From the NCBI GenBank assembly GCA_964016885.1, contig OZ024741.1, forward strand, positions 304,544,001-304,608,000: 64,000 nucleotides of DNA, written 5' to 3'. Within the stretch, counting starts at the first letter, position 1, and each line of letters opens with the position of its first letter. The notes under the pieces were generated by a model that was not told where the DNA came from, searched no databases, and saw only the letters and a program-made list of their open reading frames with translations. Below, one piece after another: positions 1-13,000 of this stretch. The translations under genes and the position numbers were made by a program. This stretch comes from Eledone cirrhosa. Lineage: Eukaryota.

Positions 1-1949
1 TTCCTCACACCAACCTCATTTACAGTGAGTGCTGGGTGCTTTTTTTCTGTGGCACCTCCACGACCATTGCAGTGGAATGATAAGGACTGGGGTCCCTATC
101 ATCTCATTTCTACAGCTGAGTAAACTGGAGCAATGTGAAAGAAAGTGTCTTGCTCAAAGAAACAACACATCACCCGGTCCGAGAATTGAACTCACAACCT
201 TTCGATTGCAAGGCCAATGCTCTAACCACTAAACCATGTGCCTCCATGATGATGATGATATATATATATATATATATCATCATCATCATTTTATGTCCGC
301 TTTTCCCTGCTAAAGAAGAACCAAGGCCGTGCCTAAGAGCATTGGATTTGGTATACTTCATATTTGTTTCTGTTGCTGAATACAATCAAGGGTCACTGCT
401 TCTCCTGAAGGTCAATAGTTCTCTTCTAACTCGAGTGGGAGCGCCTTTCCATTGTCAATTTGCATTGATCATCTGCAAAGCCGCATTATTCTCAGAACCA
501 CCACACCAGTCTTTCAATGCGTGCAGCTGGAACTACTGCCAACCATTGATTTGGCAGAGTCACAACTCATTTCTACAGCTGAGTAAACTGGAGCAACGTG
601 AAATAAAGTGTCTTGCTCAAGGACACAACACATCACCCGGTCCGAGAATCGAACTCACAACCTTTCGATTGGAAGCCCAATGCTCTAACCACTAAGCCAT
701 GTGCCTATATATATATATATATATATACACAAAAGCACCCTAGTAGAATGCTTCTGGCCTGGTCATTTTTTTTCAATTTTAAGTAATTCCAGCATGTGTT
801 CCCTGTAAATTGGTCAGGCCTGGCACAGAACTTTCCAGTCGAGGGAGGCGAACTCCTACTGACAACGTGGTTGCTGGCAAATTATGTAATGTATACTAAC
901 ATCTAATTTCTGCACAGTGGTTCCACTTGGACCATCGCCAGCAGATCGGAATTGTAGAAACTGGTGCATTGGTCCAGGTAACTTAAATTTACTACCGACA
1001 TGAAATCATCTTCCTCACTGATTAATGTTTAAGTGTACACTCTAATCGGTTGGGTTTGAATTTTAATAATTCAGACTTAATTAAATTATTGAGAAAGCGA
1101 GGAAAGAACCAAAGATGTGTCCATTCTATTCAATAAGCTTCGTTCCATAATATATATATTTCCTAGTCAGACTATACCTGTTTTACTGTTTTTTAATTTA
1201 TCCCTAATTCATCTTCAGGTGTCCTATCTTGATAACCACTTTAATTACCTTTGGTTAGCCTACACTATTTAATTGGTCAAGGAGCCACCTAAGAGCTAAA
1301 TTCCAGCCAAGCATGTTAGCCCAGAGACCTTGATCGGTTTCACGGATATTATATACAGGCTGAGGAGAGCAATTTTACCGCCTAACCCCCTCCTGGACAC
1401 TCGATATACACATCGTAAGATTTTACTCTGGCATCCAGCTCATCGAGTGCTTGAATCTCCAGTCAGTGGGGATCGAACATCTGGATCTGATACGCAGAAC
1501 CTGATCTGACGGAAGACTGGAGAGCGATATGGCTATCATGCTTCCAGTTAAACTATAACCATAGGCTCTGGTTTATAGATTAGACCTATAGAGATCTATC
1601 TCCTTACTCCTTACTCTTTCATCTTTTTCATTATTATAATAATTATTTCATTATAATCATCTCTTTCCCACATACTCTTCCTTTTGATATAACCTTTCCT
1701 TTTACTTTTTATTTTTTATTTTTAGTTAATTTTTAATTCTTTAATTTTTTATTTATTGAAAAATATATTTTAAGTAGTTACTTGATTTCGGTTAAAATAT
1801 TCAAGGGTGCTGCAGGCTTGTGGACAAGTGGAGCTGGGAGAGAATAACTGTTTGCTACTGCTATGGCTTAAGCCTCGCAGTCACCCCGACTGTAACTTAG
1901 GACACACAATTTCATATCAAAAACCTTGCAAAACAAATATATATATTCC

Positions 1950-2520
1950 GAGGCCATAGTATCTAGAATAAGGACAGGTTGGAAGAAGTTTAGGGAGCTG
2001 CTTCCTCTGTTGACAAAGAAGAGTTTCTCTCTGCGTACGAAAGGACGGTTATATGATGCCTGTGTGAGATGCGTGATGCTGCATGGTAGTGAGACATGGG
2101 CAGCAACTGCAGAAGATATACAATGGCTGGAGAGAAATGAAGCAAGCATGCTCCGTTGTCTGTGCAATGTCAATGTGCGTGAACGACCAAGCATAGACGA
2201 GTTGAGAAAGAAACTGGGTATAAGAGGGATAAGTTGTGGTGTGCAGAAGAGAAGGCTGAGATGGTATGGACATGTGATGCGCATGGAGGATGACCACTGG
2301 GTAAAGAAGTGCCAAGAAATCCCAGTAGAAGGAAGACACAGTAGAGGTAGACCACGAAAAACATGGGCGGAGGAGGTGAGACCAGACCTCAGATTGCTGA
2401 AACTCACCGAAGAGATGACAAAGGACCGTGACAAGTGGAGAGATGCTGTGCTGAATAGGACCCGTCCAGCATTTGCAAGCAGGGAAAAGCGGACGTAAAA
2501 TGATGATGATGATGATGATA
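1950..2520 (+). mobile_element. RTE-type LINE 3' fragment (5'-truncated)
   Basis: Open ORF2 C-terminus ([27 protein letters not shown]) followed by ggacgtaaaa(TGA)n tail. Confidence 0.9.
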
Positions 2521-4354
2521 TATAAAATGAATAAAAATTATGGGTGAAGATAGGAAAATGAATGAATACAGACAGTCCCATCTCATCAGTTGACCACCAG
2601 AGATACGTTGTTTCAGTGTTTTAATATATATATATTATTGAGAAATGGAAGAAGATATGTACACTCAATTACATATTACAACAAGAGGTGGTAGAGTCGC
2701 ACCTGTTTTAAAAGAGTGGGTGAGAACAAAGAATATGGAAAACAATTACTTGAGCTGCTGGAAAAGCAGTTAAATTCCTTCTAATCACACCTTACTGCAT
2801 TAAAAGAAGGAAAGAACACATGAGATAATACAGTTTCAGACACCCTTAACCCTTTAGCATCTACATTATTCTATATATAGTCTTATATTTTCACGGTAAA
2901 GGCTTTATCTCACATAATATTGAATCTATGAGATCTTGATAGTATTTATTTTGGGAACCAGTTGAGTGGCCAGTTTAAACAGAAATAGGTGAGAGAATTC
3001 TGGCTGGATACAGCCGGTTTACATGCTGAAGGGTTTAAGAATAAGATAATAAAACTGGGATTCCTTTGATCATAGATCTGCTTGCTCCAACTGACTCAGG
3101 GCTAAACAACAACAAGCCAACATTATAGAGTTGTTACTTGAAGATATTTCCTAAGTATTTTGGCTGATATAACATATTTATAATGGTAAAGCTGATGTTA
3201 GAAGATCATATACATTAGCAGTAGCACTAACATAGCATGATTCATAACAGAGGTCTATATGAAGGCTAAAGGTTAAAGTCTGTCTCAAGCCAGAAGGCTT
3301 GTTAGGCCGGTGCTTATCCTGGATTGATTGCATGAAGCAACAGAGTACAAGACTCCCCACTGGACAGGACACCAGTCCATCACAAGATCAAACCCCCAGC
3401 TATTGTTGGTACATATTTTCAGCTGAGTATACTGGAGCAATGTGAAATGAAGTGTTTTGCCCAAGAAGATAACATGCAACCCAGCCTAGGAATCAAACCC
3501 AGGACATTAGGGTCATATGTCCAACACCCTTACCACTAGACATATACAGTATGTTTAAATATAATAAACACGTTTCACTATGAATGTTTCAAGCTGTCAC
3601 AGTAGTTGTGTGAGAACAACAAACACTGGTATTTCAGTATTTGTATCCATCATCGGTGACACTTATTCACTTGCGACTCAGACAAGCATAAGCTATAGCT
3701 TATATACTTTTTGCTTATAAAACATCTGCTGGAAATGTTCATTTGCATATTGTGCGATATATCCATTACAGAGAAAATACAAATGAAAAATAATAAAAAA
3801 ACTATTTTTATACCTGACAGGAGGTGAGTTATAAATGGTAATATATTATTAAAAATGTTTCATTTTTTATCCTGTCACTAGTACTGCTCTATGTTGATGG
3901 TCAAGACAGCTATTGGCTCATTAAAATATAAATATGTATAAGTGTGGTTAATTACTCATAGATGCTATCTGCATATAAAACAGTAGTTAAGTTAGTGATA
4001 ACATATTTAATGTAATGAGCATTAAACATACTTATGTGGTGAGGAAAAGGCAAAATGTTATTTTAATCATTTCAGCAAGAGGCAACCCAAGATATATTTT
4101 GGTATTATTAGACATTTGAGAAGCATAAACTTCACTGTATTTGCCACAGTAGTTATAAGAGAATCACTAAGTGGGCCCCACTAGTTGAAATGTCTTTTTC
4201 AATGCATCTCCCTCATTGTCTCCTATAATTGCCAAAATTATTAATATAACATTTTGCCTTTTCCTCACCACATAAGTATTTCTAATTAGATCTTTAATGC
4301 TCATATCATTAAATATGTTAACACTAACCTAACAACTGTTTTACATGCAGATAG

Positions 4355-5053
4355 CATCTATGAGGTGGAAGACTTACGTAGATTAGAGAGAAACGAAGCC
4401 TGCATGCTCCGATGGATGTGTAACAGTAATATACGTGAACGACAAAGCATAAATGAATTGAGAGAGAGACTGAGCATAAGAGGAATCAAATGCTGCGTGC
4501 AGGAGAGGCGGTTATGCTGGTATGGACATGTGATGCGTATGAAGGATGACAGCTGCATAAAAAGGTGCAGAGCACTAGAAGTTGATGGAAACCGCGGAGT
4601 GGGGAGACCCAAGATGACTTGGGATGAGGTGATAAAAGCCGACCTTACCCAACTACACCTCTCAAAGTCAATGACACACGACCGTGACTTCTGGCGTCAC
4701 GCAGTAATACAGGGTACCCGACCTCCCATGGGTACATGCTGAAGCATATAAACAATATGCCCCCCCCCCCCCCCCCCACCGCAAGGTGGTCGTGGAGGGG
4801 CCACGGCAAAAAAGCACCCAGCCCACACTGTAAAGTGGACGTGTAGGCGCCACGAAAAAGCACCCAGCACTCACTGTAAATGAGGTTGGTGTTAGGAAGG
4901 GCATCCAGCTGTAGAAATCAAGCCAGATCAGTTCCTGTATGAGCAAGGCATGGTCAGCCGACCAGACACTGCCCACAACAGGACAACCCGTCTAACCCAT
5001 GCTAGCGTGGAAGAACGGACGTAAAACGGTGATGATGATGATGATGATGATGA
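4355..5053 (+). mobile_element. RTE-type LINE 3' fragment with long 3'UTR
   Basis: [12 protein letters not shown]...WYGHVMRM...GRPKMTW, 3'UTR and (TGA)n tail; nearly identical to 43575-43970. Confidence 0.9.
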
Positions 5054-5767
5054 GTGCCTGGAGTAGTTATAAGAGAATCACTAAGTGATCCCACGAGTTG
5101 GAATGGCAATTTCAATGCATTTCCCTCACTATCCTCCATGGTAACGTTTTTTCCATCCTGTCCACTGGGACCGTGAGAGCTTGCACTTGGGGGTTCAGCA
5201 TGCCAGAGAGCGTTCTTCCACACTATTCAGGCATGTACCACTGGGGTAGCAATGGTATTGGTTGCTAATATTTATGCTTACATTCACTTACACATTTGGA
5301 AAGATTTAATAAAATACAAATACAATTATTTACACTGCACTGACCTAGGCACAGAGTCTATCACCCTCTCCCCTTCCCGCTACCTAATAGTCCTTGGTCT
5401 TTCCCTCTTTTTCTTCACATTTATGATATTTATAGTCCTTTCCTCTACTTTCTTATACAGCCAGATCTACCCTTTCCCCCTTGATTTTTTTCATTACTTA
5501 ATTTTGTGTTTATCTTTTTTTAGTATTTCCATCATTGTATAATTTCCATTTGTAAAATATAGTTGTCATAATAAAATTATAGCTAAAGATTATTTACAAG
5601 AACATAATACAACATTCTTTTTTATAATTATTTTTAGTGCTAAATAAGATTTTCATCAATCCCTCCCTCTACATTATCACTTCTCCATTCTTTCATTTAC
5701 GTACCCCACATCTAAAACCTCAAGCTATCCTATCATTAAGTAAATGTATATATTTCTTCATTTAATG

Positions 5768-6476
5768 CACATGTTCTCAACCCATTTAGGCCAAACTCAC
5801 CCTTTTGTCCCTCGAAATCATGCCCCCCCCCCCCCCTATTTTTCCCTTTTTCAATATACTACTGATTTTTATATCAGTAGATTACTAAAAAATTGATTAA
5901 CAATATTCCAAAGATGTGTGTATTATCTGATTATGTGTTGTACGTGGTCCTAGATGTGTGTGCTACTCGCTTCTGTTTTTTCTTTTCTTTTTTTTTTATT
6001 TGTAATATTATTTATACAATAGGGAATAAAATAGATCTACATAGTGTTAACTCGTTACGGTTGAGTCAATAATTTCAGACATGAAATACATTGTTATCGG
6101 TGAAGGAAAAAATAAGATTCTAACTGGCTGCGCTCAAAGTGTCCTTGACCCAGTTGACTGTGGGTTTTTCCATTTTTAGGATCTCAATTACCGGTTAACG
6201 TCTCAATTACCGGACATGCCTGCACACCTGCTCACAGCTGCGGTCAGACTATAGTTATGCTGTCTGCAAGCTCATTCAAATGCATTCACACTGGCTGTCT
6301 CAAAGACATACAAATATGGCTTATAAAACTTACCAAAATAAAGAGCCTTCCAGCGCCCTCCTAACCCCCTCCCCCAGCTCTAAATGACCCCCTAACGCGA
6401 CCTTGCTCCGAAACGCCCCCCTGGAGTTCTGAAACGCCCCCCAGGAGTGCATATGCCCCCCCGTTGAGAACCTTTG
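5768..6476. mobile_element. Non-autonomous hAT-type DNA transposon
   Basis: Imperfect TIRs CACATGTTCTCAAC / GTTGAGAACCTTTG; 8-bp TSD atttaatg/atttaatt (7 of 8 match). Confidence 0.65.
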
Positions 6477-6955
6477 ATTTAATTATTTGTGTGGTTGCTC
6501 AACCTGCTAGAAATAGCAGCAAAATTGTCCTCAAATCATACCCTGTCGTTTCAAGAAAGAACACATAGGATAACGTAGTCCGGGATGAGAATTACTGAAA
6601 ATTAAATGAAGCAGTAATATGCTGAATGCTTTTGATCATAGGCCTGCTAAACAACAAAATACAAATATACGTTTTAAAATTGTCTATAAGAACAAAAAAA
6701 TGAATTCTTTGGCGAATATATTAACTAGTGACTAAAACCAACGTCATCCAGATTAAATAATTATTTTCTCTTTAAGGTAATTAGCGAGGGTCGACGTGAA
6801 AAATATCGGATGCTGAATGAAGATGCATTGAAGGGAGGTTACTCTCAGAAAGTAAGATAATCATTTCAATTGTCTAAGTTAAACATGATTATCGATTTAG
6901 TAGACTTACGCGGGACCTGAGGAGGAGACGACTGCACAGAGAAATTATATGAGAA

Positions 6956-6969
6956 ATCGTCATAGCAAC
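6956..6969. promoter_or_regulatory. RFX X-box in the BBS5 proximal promoter/5'UTR
   Basis: ATCGTCATAGCAAC matches the X-box consensus RYYNYYATRRNRAC at all 14 positions and ends 17 bp before the ATG. BBS genes are established RFX/DAF-19 targets. Confidence 0.8.
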
Positions 6970-6981
6970 GTTGATAATTTA

Positions 6982-6993
6982 CAAGATGGCCGC
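6982..6993 (+). promoter_or_regulatory. YY1-like motif overlapping the BBS5 start codon
   Basis: CAAGATGGCCGC resembles the YY1 motif AAGATGGCGGC. Confidence 0.4.
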
Positions 6994-7041
6994 TGATAAC
7001 GTTTGGGAGGATGTTGACATTAAATTTGATATCTCACCAAC
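6986..7041 (+). CDS. BBS5: BBS5 coding exon 1
   Basis: ATG at 6986 (context caagATGG), [18 protein letters not shown](T), donor GTACGT at 7042, phase 2. Confidence 0.92.
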
Positions 7042-10000
7042 GTACGTATACCTTCCTTACAGATGATATATATGTCATAAAAGTTCACATACACACATAT
7101 ATATGTGTGTGTATGTTAAGTATTTCTGTAGAAAAGGTAAAGGAAAGAAGAGTGCTCTATGTATAGTACAGAGCTATTTAATTACATAAACTATTTCATC
7201 TGATTGACGTGTCTGTAAAGACCGTCTAGTTTCCTGAAGCCTTTGGTAACGGAATAATTATATTGTGTTGTTTATTATGTAATTATATGTGTGTATATAT
7301 ATATATATATAGTATAGTATATATAAATAAATAATATATATATATATAAATAGTTTATATATAAATAGTGTATATATATATAGATGTGTGTGTGTTTATA
7401 CATACATATATACACGCGCACATATATATATATATATATACATACTGAACCGTACGCGCACATATACAGACGCTATACAGACACATGGGTGTATGTGAAT
7501 AAACGAATATATTAAAAAAAACAATCCAAGGAAACTGCTGGTGAATTATTATTATGTTTTGTATATAACGTACTTTGTGTGTCTGTACATTCGGCTGTTA
7601 CACTGTTAAGTTTTATTAAACAATTATGTAAAAAGAATAAGACAGCAAATATATACAGTTCTAAAAAAAAAGGAAAAATATATATAATTGTTTCTACTTT
7701 TGGCACAAGGCCAGCAAATTATCCAGTGTATTACTGATACTTTATTTTATCGACCCCGTAAGGATGAAAGGCAAAGTTAACCTCGGCGGGATTTGAACTC
7801 AGAATGGCAAGGGCCGTAACTCTATGCGTCAAAGCATGGCGTCCGACAATAAGGAAGAAGAAGGCCCGTATACTCAATTACACACCACAGCAAGTGGTAC
7901 TGGAGCTTCCCTCTAATAATATTTGAAGCAAGCCAAAGCACACGCAGCATTGCCGCGAGTAACAGCGCGACTAAGTCGCTGGTTAGACCAATATCCCCGT
8001 GGGCATCATCTGATACAAAGGCAAGGCCATAGCCGCCAATTATAACAAGAACCTCGTCATCTGTGGTCGAGTTTCCCCAAACGCCTCGAACGTTACAGCC
8101 ATGGTAAAAATAGTTAGTCGATCATTTTATAAACAAATTTATTTATGATAAAAACTGTATAAACATATTATTTACAGTAACAATAATAATAATTATTATC
8201 ATTTCTACTTTTGGCACAAGGCCAGCAATTATTCCACTGCATTACGGGTACTTTATTTTATCGACCCTGTAAGGATGAAAGGCAAAGTTAACCTCGGCGG
8301 GATTTGAACTCAGATCGTAAAGGGCCGTAACTCAATGCTGCAAAGCATGGCGTCCGACCCTCTACCGATACTGACGGCAATAATAGAAGGGGTGAGCAAA
8401 AGGAAAGAAAGTATAGGGAAATATAGAGAAAGAAAGAAAGAAAGAAGAAAAAGAACGGGAAGGGAGGGGATGGCAAGAGCTCTGGTGCCGTAGAAGAGAG
8501 GGGAGGGTGATTGGACTTTTCTTGCTGCGCCCGATGGACAAGGCAGCAAAAGCATTCCTGCGGACGATGGCCAGTGACACCCGCTGCAACAGCCACCCAA
8601 CCCCGCGGCGCTCCCTCTTCAGACGGCTGCCGACGCTCCGATCTTAGCAGTACGGGGTCCAAGTACGCCTGAGGTCTCGACGGCGGCCGGACAAACCCTG
8701 GTATTTGTTTATTTTACGTTCTTCTGAGGCGGGCTACGATGCCGGGGTTTGTGGCCGAAGCGACTAAGTTGGAGGCGGAGAACTGAAGCACTCTTATATG
8801 TTTTGTATGTAAGGTACTTTGTTAGAAAGCGCCCCCCCACCCACCCCTCACGCACAAGACAGGGCAAGATGCGTTTGTGTTAGACCAGCAGTTGCCCATC
8901 CATGCCAGTTTCCCATCTCCACGCCATCGATGTTGTCCAAGGGAAAAGCAATGGCTGATACTTGACACCAGTGACGTCACAACTCATTTCTACAGCTGAA
9001 TGAACTGGAGCAACGAGTTTCGTGGTTAGAGCGTTGAGCTCACAATCGTAAGGTTGTGAGTTCGACTTTCATATGAGTATATTTGGTATATATATATAAA
9101 CAAAATTTGTTTTTGCTCTTAACATGGTGGATGCCTAAGTGTATTCGTGAGTGATTAATATAATAATATCATAGTATTATCAAAATTCGGTTTGTTTGAA
9201 AACAAACAGCCTCATAAACACCATGTCTGTTTTTTAGATGAACAACTTCAACCTTTTGCTCCAGTGGTAGCTGAGTGAAAACAATTGACAATTGTTTCGG
9301 AGTGTTTGCTCCTTATCAAAATTTGTTTTCACTCTTAACATGGTGGATACCTAAATATATTTGTGAGTGAATAATAATAATATAATAAGATCATATTTTT
9401 AATATTCGGTTTGTTTAGAAGCAAACATCCTCATAAATATTAATAATATTACGATATTATTATAATATTATTCACTCACGAATACATTTAGGTATCCACC
9501 AGGTTAAGAACGAAAACAGATTTGTTTTTTTAACTTTTGGCAAAGCCGGCCATAATATCGCTTGGTATGCAAATGAGTTTTGGAGTGTTTACTCCTTATC
9601 AAGATTGTGTATTCTCGTGACTGCCACTCACGAACACACACACACGCACATATATATATATATATGCCAAACCACTTCACTACTGGATGGACGTGCATGG
9701 CCACCAGCATATCACAATGATTGCGTAGCTGCACTAATGATTACATAAGCATCTGACGAAGTCACCTGAATGCCCATGTAACAAAAATATATATAATGCA
9801 ATAAACAATTAGGGTAATTTAATCCCATCTTAACTACCATTATTTGATAATTGAATACTCTGTCACTCATTATCACCTACCTGGTGATAATGAGTTACTA
9901 CATAACAACTAAGATAAACAACACTCTTGTACATCATCATCATCATCATCATTTTACGTCCGCAAGGGTGCAGTGAAATTCCGTTATAACGAAATTCACA

Positions 10001-13000
10001 GGATATAAAAAAAAATTTGTTGTAACGAAAAATTCTTTATGACAAGATCGACCGAAACAAATCGTTATACTGAAACATTTGTTACATGCATATATGTATA
10101 TACTGTATAGGCTTGTGTAAAAGTTGAACTTTTTAGACCATTACATGGGGTCGACTATTACATGGATACTACTTTTGAGGGGTTAGAATCCAAAGTATCG
10201 TATCAATAGCAGAAGCCCAGCTGATCTCTAAACGAATAAAAACAAAAGCAAAATGAATTACAGTAATATTATCAGTGCCAGATTTACAATAAATAACATT
10301 ACAAACATGTTTTAAATCTATACATAAATAACATTATAATCATTCAGAAGAACATGCATAAAAGAGAGAACAAAAAAGGTGGGGAACAAAGACAAAAACT
10401 ACCATCAATTCACCACCAAATACGACAATCAGCTGCACATCACACCTTAGGGGTTAATAAACACTTTGAGGCAAGCCATTATGCTTGCGGCATTGCCACG
10501 AGTGATGGCGAGGCTAATGCACTGAAACAACCAGGCACCCTCATGGGCATCACCTGACACCTCAGTAAGGTGAACCGCCAGTGATGACAAGAACTTCGCT
10601 GTCAGTGGCCCAACTCCACCAAACGTCTCAAACTCCACAGGCTGGAAAAAATAATTGAAAATAACCTAAAATCCTTCCATTAGTATGCTGATATTTAGAA
10701 AATTACTTAATAGAAATTTCTTAAATGAAATTATGATGGAAGGATTTGATATAGATCTGGGACAGCATCAGGTGGTTTGATATGAAAAGGGTTTAGAATA
10801 TCCCTGATATAGTTTGCTACTTGCTGCCTATTTTTCATAAATATTGACCAAAATATTCTTTACTTTTCTTGTTACAGACAGATGCAACCACGAACTGGTG
10901 AGAAAATTGTTGACATTGTCGATAGTGTGGAAGACACAAAAGGAAATAATGGAGAGAGAGGTAGAGTGAGTTTCATAAAGAATAATTTAATAAAGACTGG
11001 GATATATTCTGGAAATGATTTTATATCTTTATATGTAAATATATATGTGTGTGTGCACCCATGTTAGCATGGAAGATGGACGTTAAACGATGATGATATG
11101 TGTTTGTGTGTATGTATGCATATAAACCAGCTAAAGGGTTTAGCATCAGGAATGCTTCTGCATGTAAAACACTGCCTCAAAAGGTCCCGTACAATATATA
11201 TTGTAGGTGTCATGATAAAACGCACCCAGTACACACTGAAAATGTGGTTGGCATTAGGAAGAGCATCCAACTGTAGAAACCAAGCCAAAATCAGTTCTGT
11301 ATAATAATAATTGTTTCTACTTTAGGCACAAGGCCAGCAATTACCCAGTGCATTACTGGTACTTTATTTTATCGACCCCGTAAGGATGAAAGGCAAAGTC
11401 AACCTCGGCGGGATTTGAACTCAGATCGTAAAGGGACGTAACTATGCTGGAAAGCATGGCGTCCGACCCTCTACCAATACTGCCAATCCACCGCCCTTCT
11501 GTATAATAATAATGCTTTCTTTATTAACCACAAGGGTTTACACAAAGTAGAGATTAAGGACAGTACAGGACGGTACAAATGTGCATTTCTGCGTGTAAAA
11601 AACCCCAAAAAAACAGGATGTAATAAAAGAACAATGAAATATTCCCCAATAGGGGGGAGACTTCCGAAGGCCATCATGGAGAAAGCCCATTAAAAATAGC
11701 CACGGTGACCCTGACCTCCAGGGCAAGTGTCCTCCCAGTTTTCCACCTTCAATTTACAGGCATATACACAGAGTAGGTCCATTCACTCGGGCCATTCTTG
11801 CCTCTCTCACCCATCTTTCAACAAAATGCTGGGAAGAGAGCAGCTCCCTCTCTACCTTGATTTTCCTTTTCAAATGAAATTTGAAAAAGTTAATCAGGGC
11901 ATCACCGAAGAGATAAGTGTTCGTCTTCAGCCCTTTCAGACGCGTCGACCATACTATCTCTTTTGCCATGGCCACCAGACAGATAAAAACTGCCTGCCCT
12001 TCCTGGCTAAAGGAAGAGGGCGGGGTAATCCTCACAAATAGTCGGATCCGTTCTACACGCGACAGCAGGTGTTCGACATAAACCCACAAGTCAGCAATGC
12101 TTGGACACTGGACGAGTGCATGCAGGACGGTTTCGTTGCCCTGCGTGCATCTCGGATATGCCCGGCTGACGGCACCTCCATGCCTGTAGAGTTTATCCCG
12201 TACTGGCAAAGCTCCTCGGTAGCACTGCCAGGCCAGAGATTTCTGGAAGTTGTCCATAGGCACCGGCCCAAAAGTTCTTCCGAAGAGATTGGCTAGTTGA
12301 TTTTCGTCGACGCCTAGAGTTTCCCCAAGTACGTCGTCGCTCTTCCCCTCCACTAATCCTCTATAGAACGCCAAGGTAGAGTTTCCACCGATCACATTGC
12401 CCGATTGGTCGAGGGCTGTGAGCGCCTGAAGACATTCCAGTCTCCAAGCGCTCCCTCTCGGTCTTCGCTTGACCCAGGACTGCAGCTCCGTCAAGGAAAT
12501 GAGCTGGGGAAAGACGCGGCTAGCAAACAGCGACCACACCTGATCACCGTCGAGGAAGAGGTGGAGATGTAGCCTGAGCGCGTGTCTGCGCATCATCAGC
12601 CACGGCATGCCCAGCCCTCCACGTAGCGGGTGTTGACAGCAGATGGACTGCCTGACCATCGGAGCACGTCGCTTCCACAAAAAGCGAAAGAGCAAATGCT
12701 CCAGCGCAGTCAGGCGAGGCTTAGGACAAGGCACAACGGTCAGGCGGTAGTAAATGATGGACGCGATGTACGTATTAGCCACCTCCACTTGACCTTTCAG
12801 GGATAGCTTTCTCTCCGCCCATTTCTGGGGGAGAGAAGCCACTCTGCTCATCACCTCGTCCCAGTTTTTGTCCGTCTGGAGGTCTGGACTGAACCAGACC
12901 CCTAGCAATTTAACCGGTCCGTCCGTCCAGCGCCCAATGAAGCCGTTGGACGGCATGGACCTGTCTCTCCAGGTGCCGAGCTGCAGGCCCACCGACTTTT

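Noticed and set aside
6777-6851. 75-nt AG/GT-bounded open segment upstream of BBS5 as an extra coding exon
   Set aside because: BBS5 is already complete from ATG 6986, and the peptide resembles nothing I recognise.
10966-10971. Alternative donor GTGAGT for BBS5 exon 2
   Set aside because: Using it adds 5 nt and breaks the frame with exon 3; the donor at 10961 keeps the frame.
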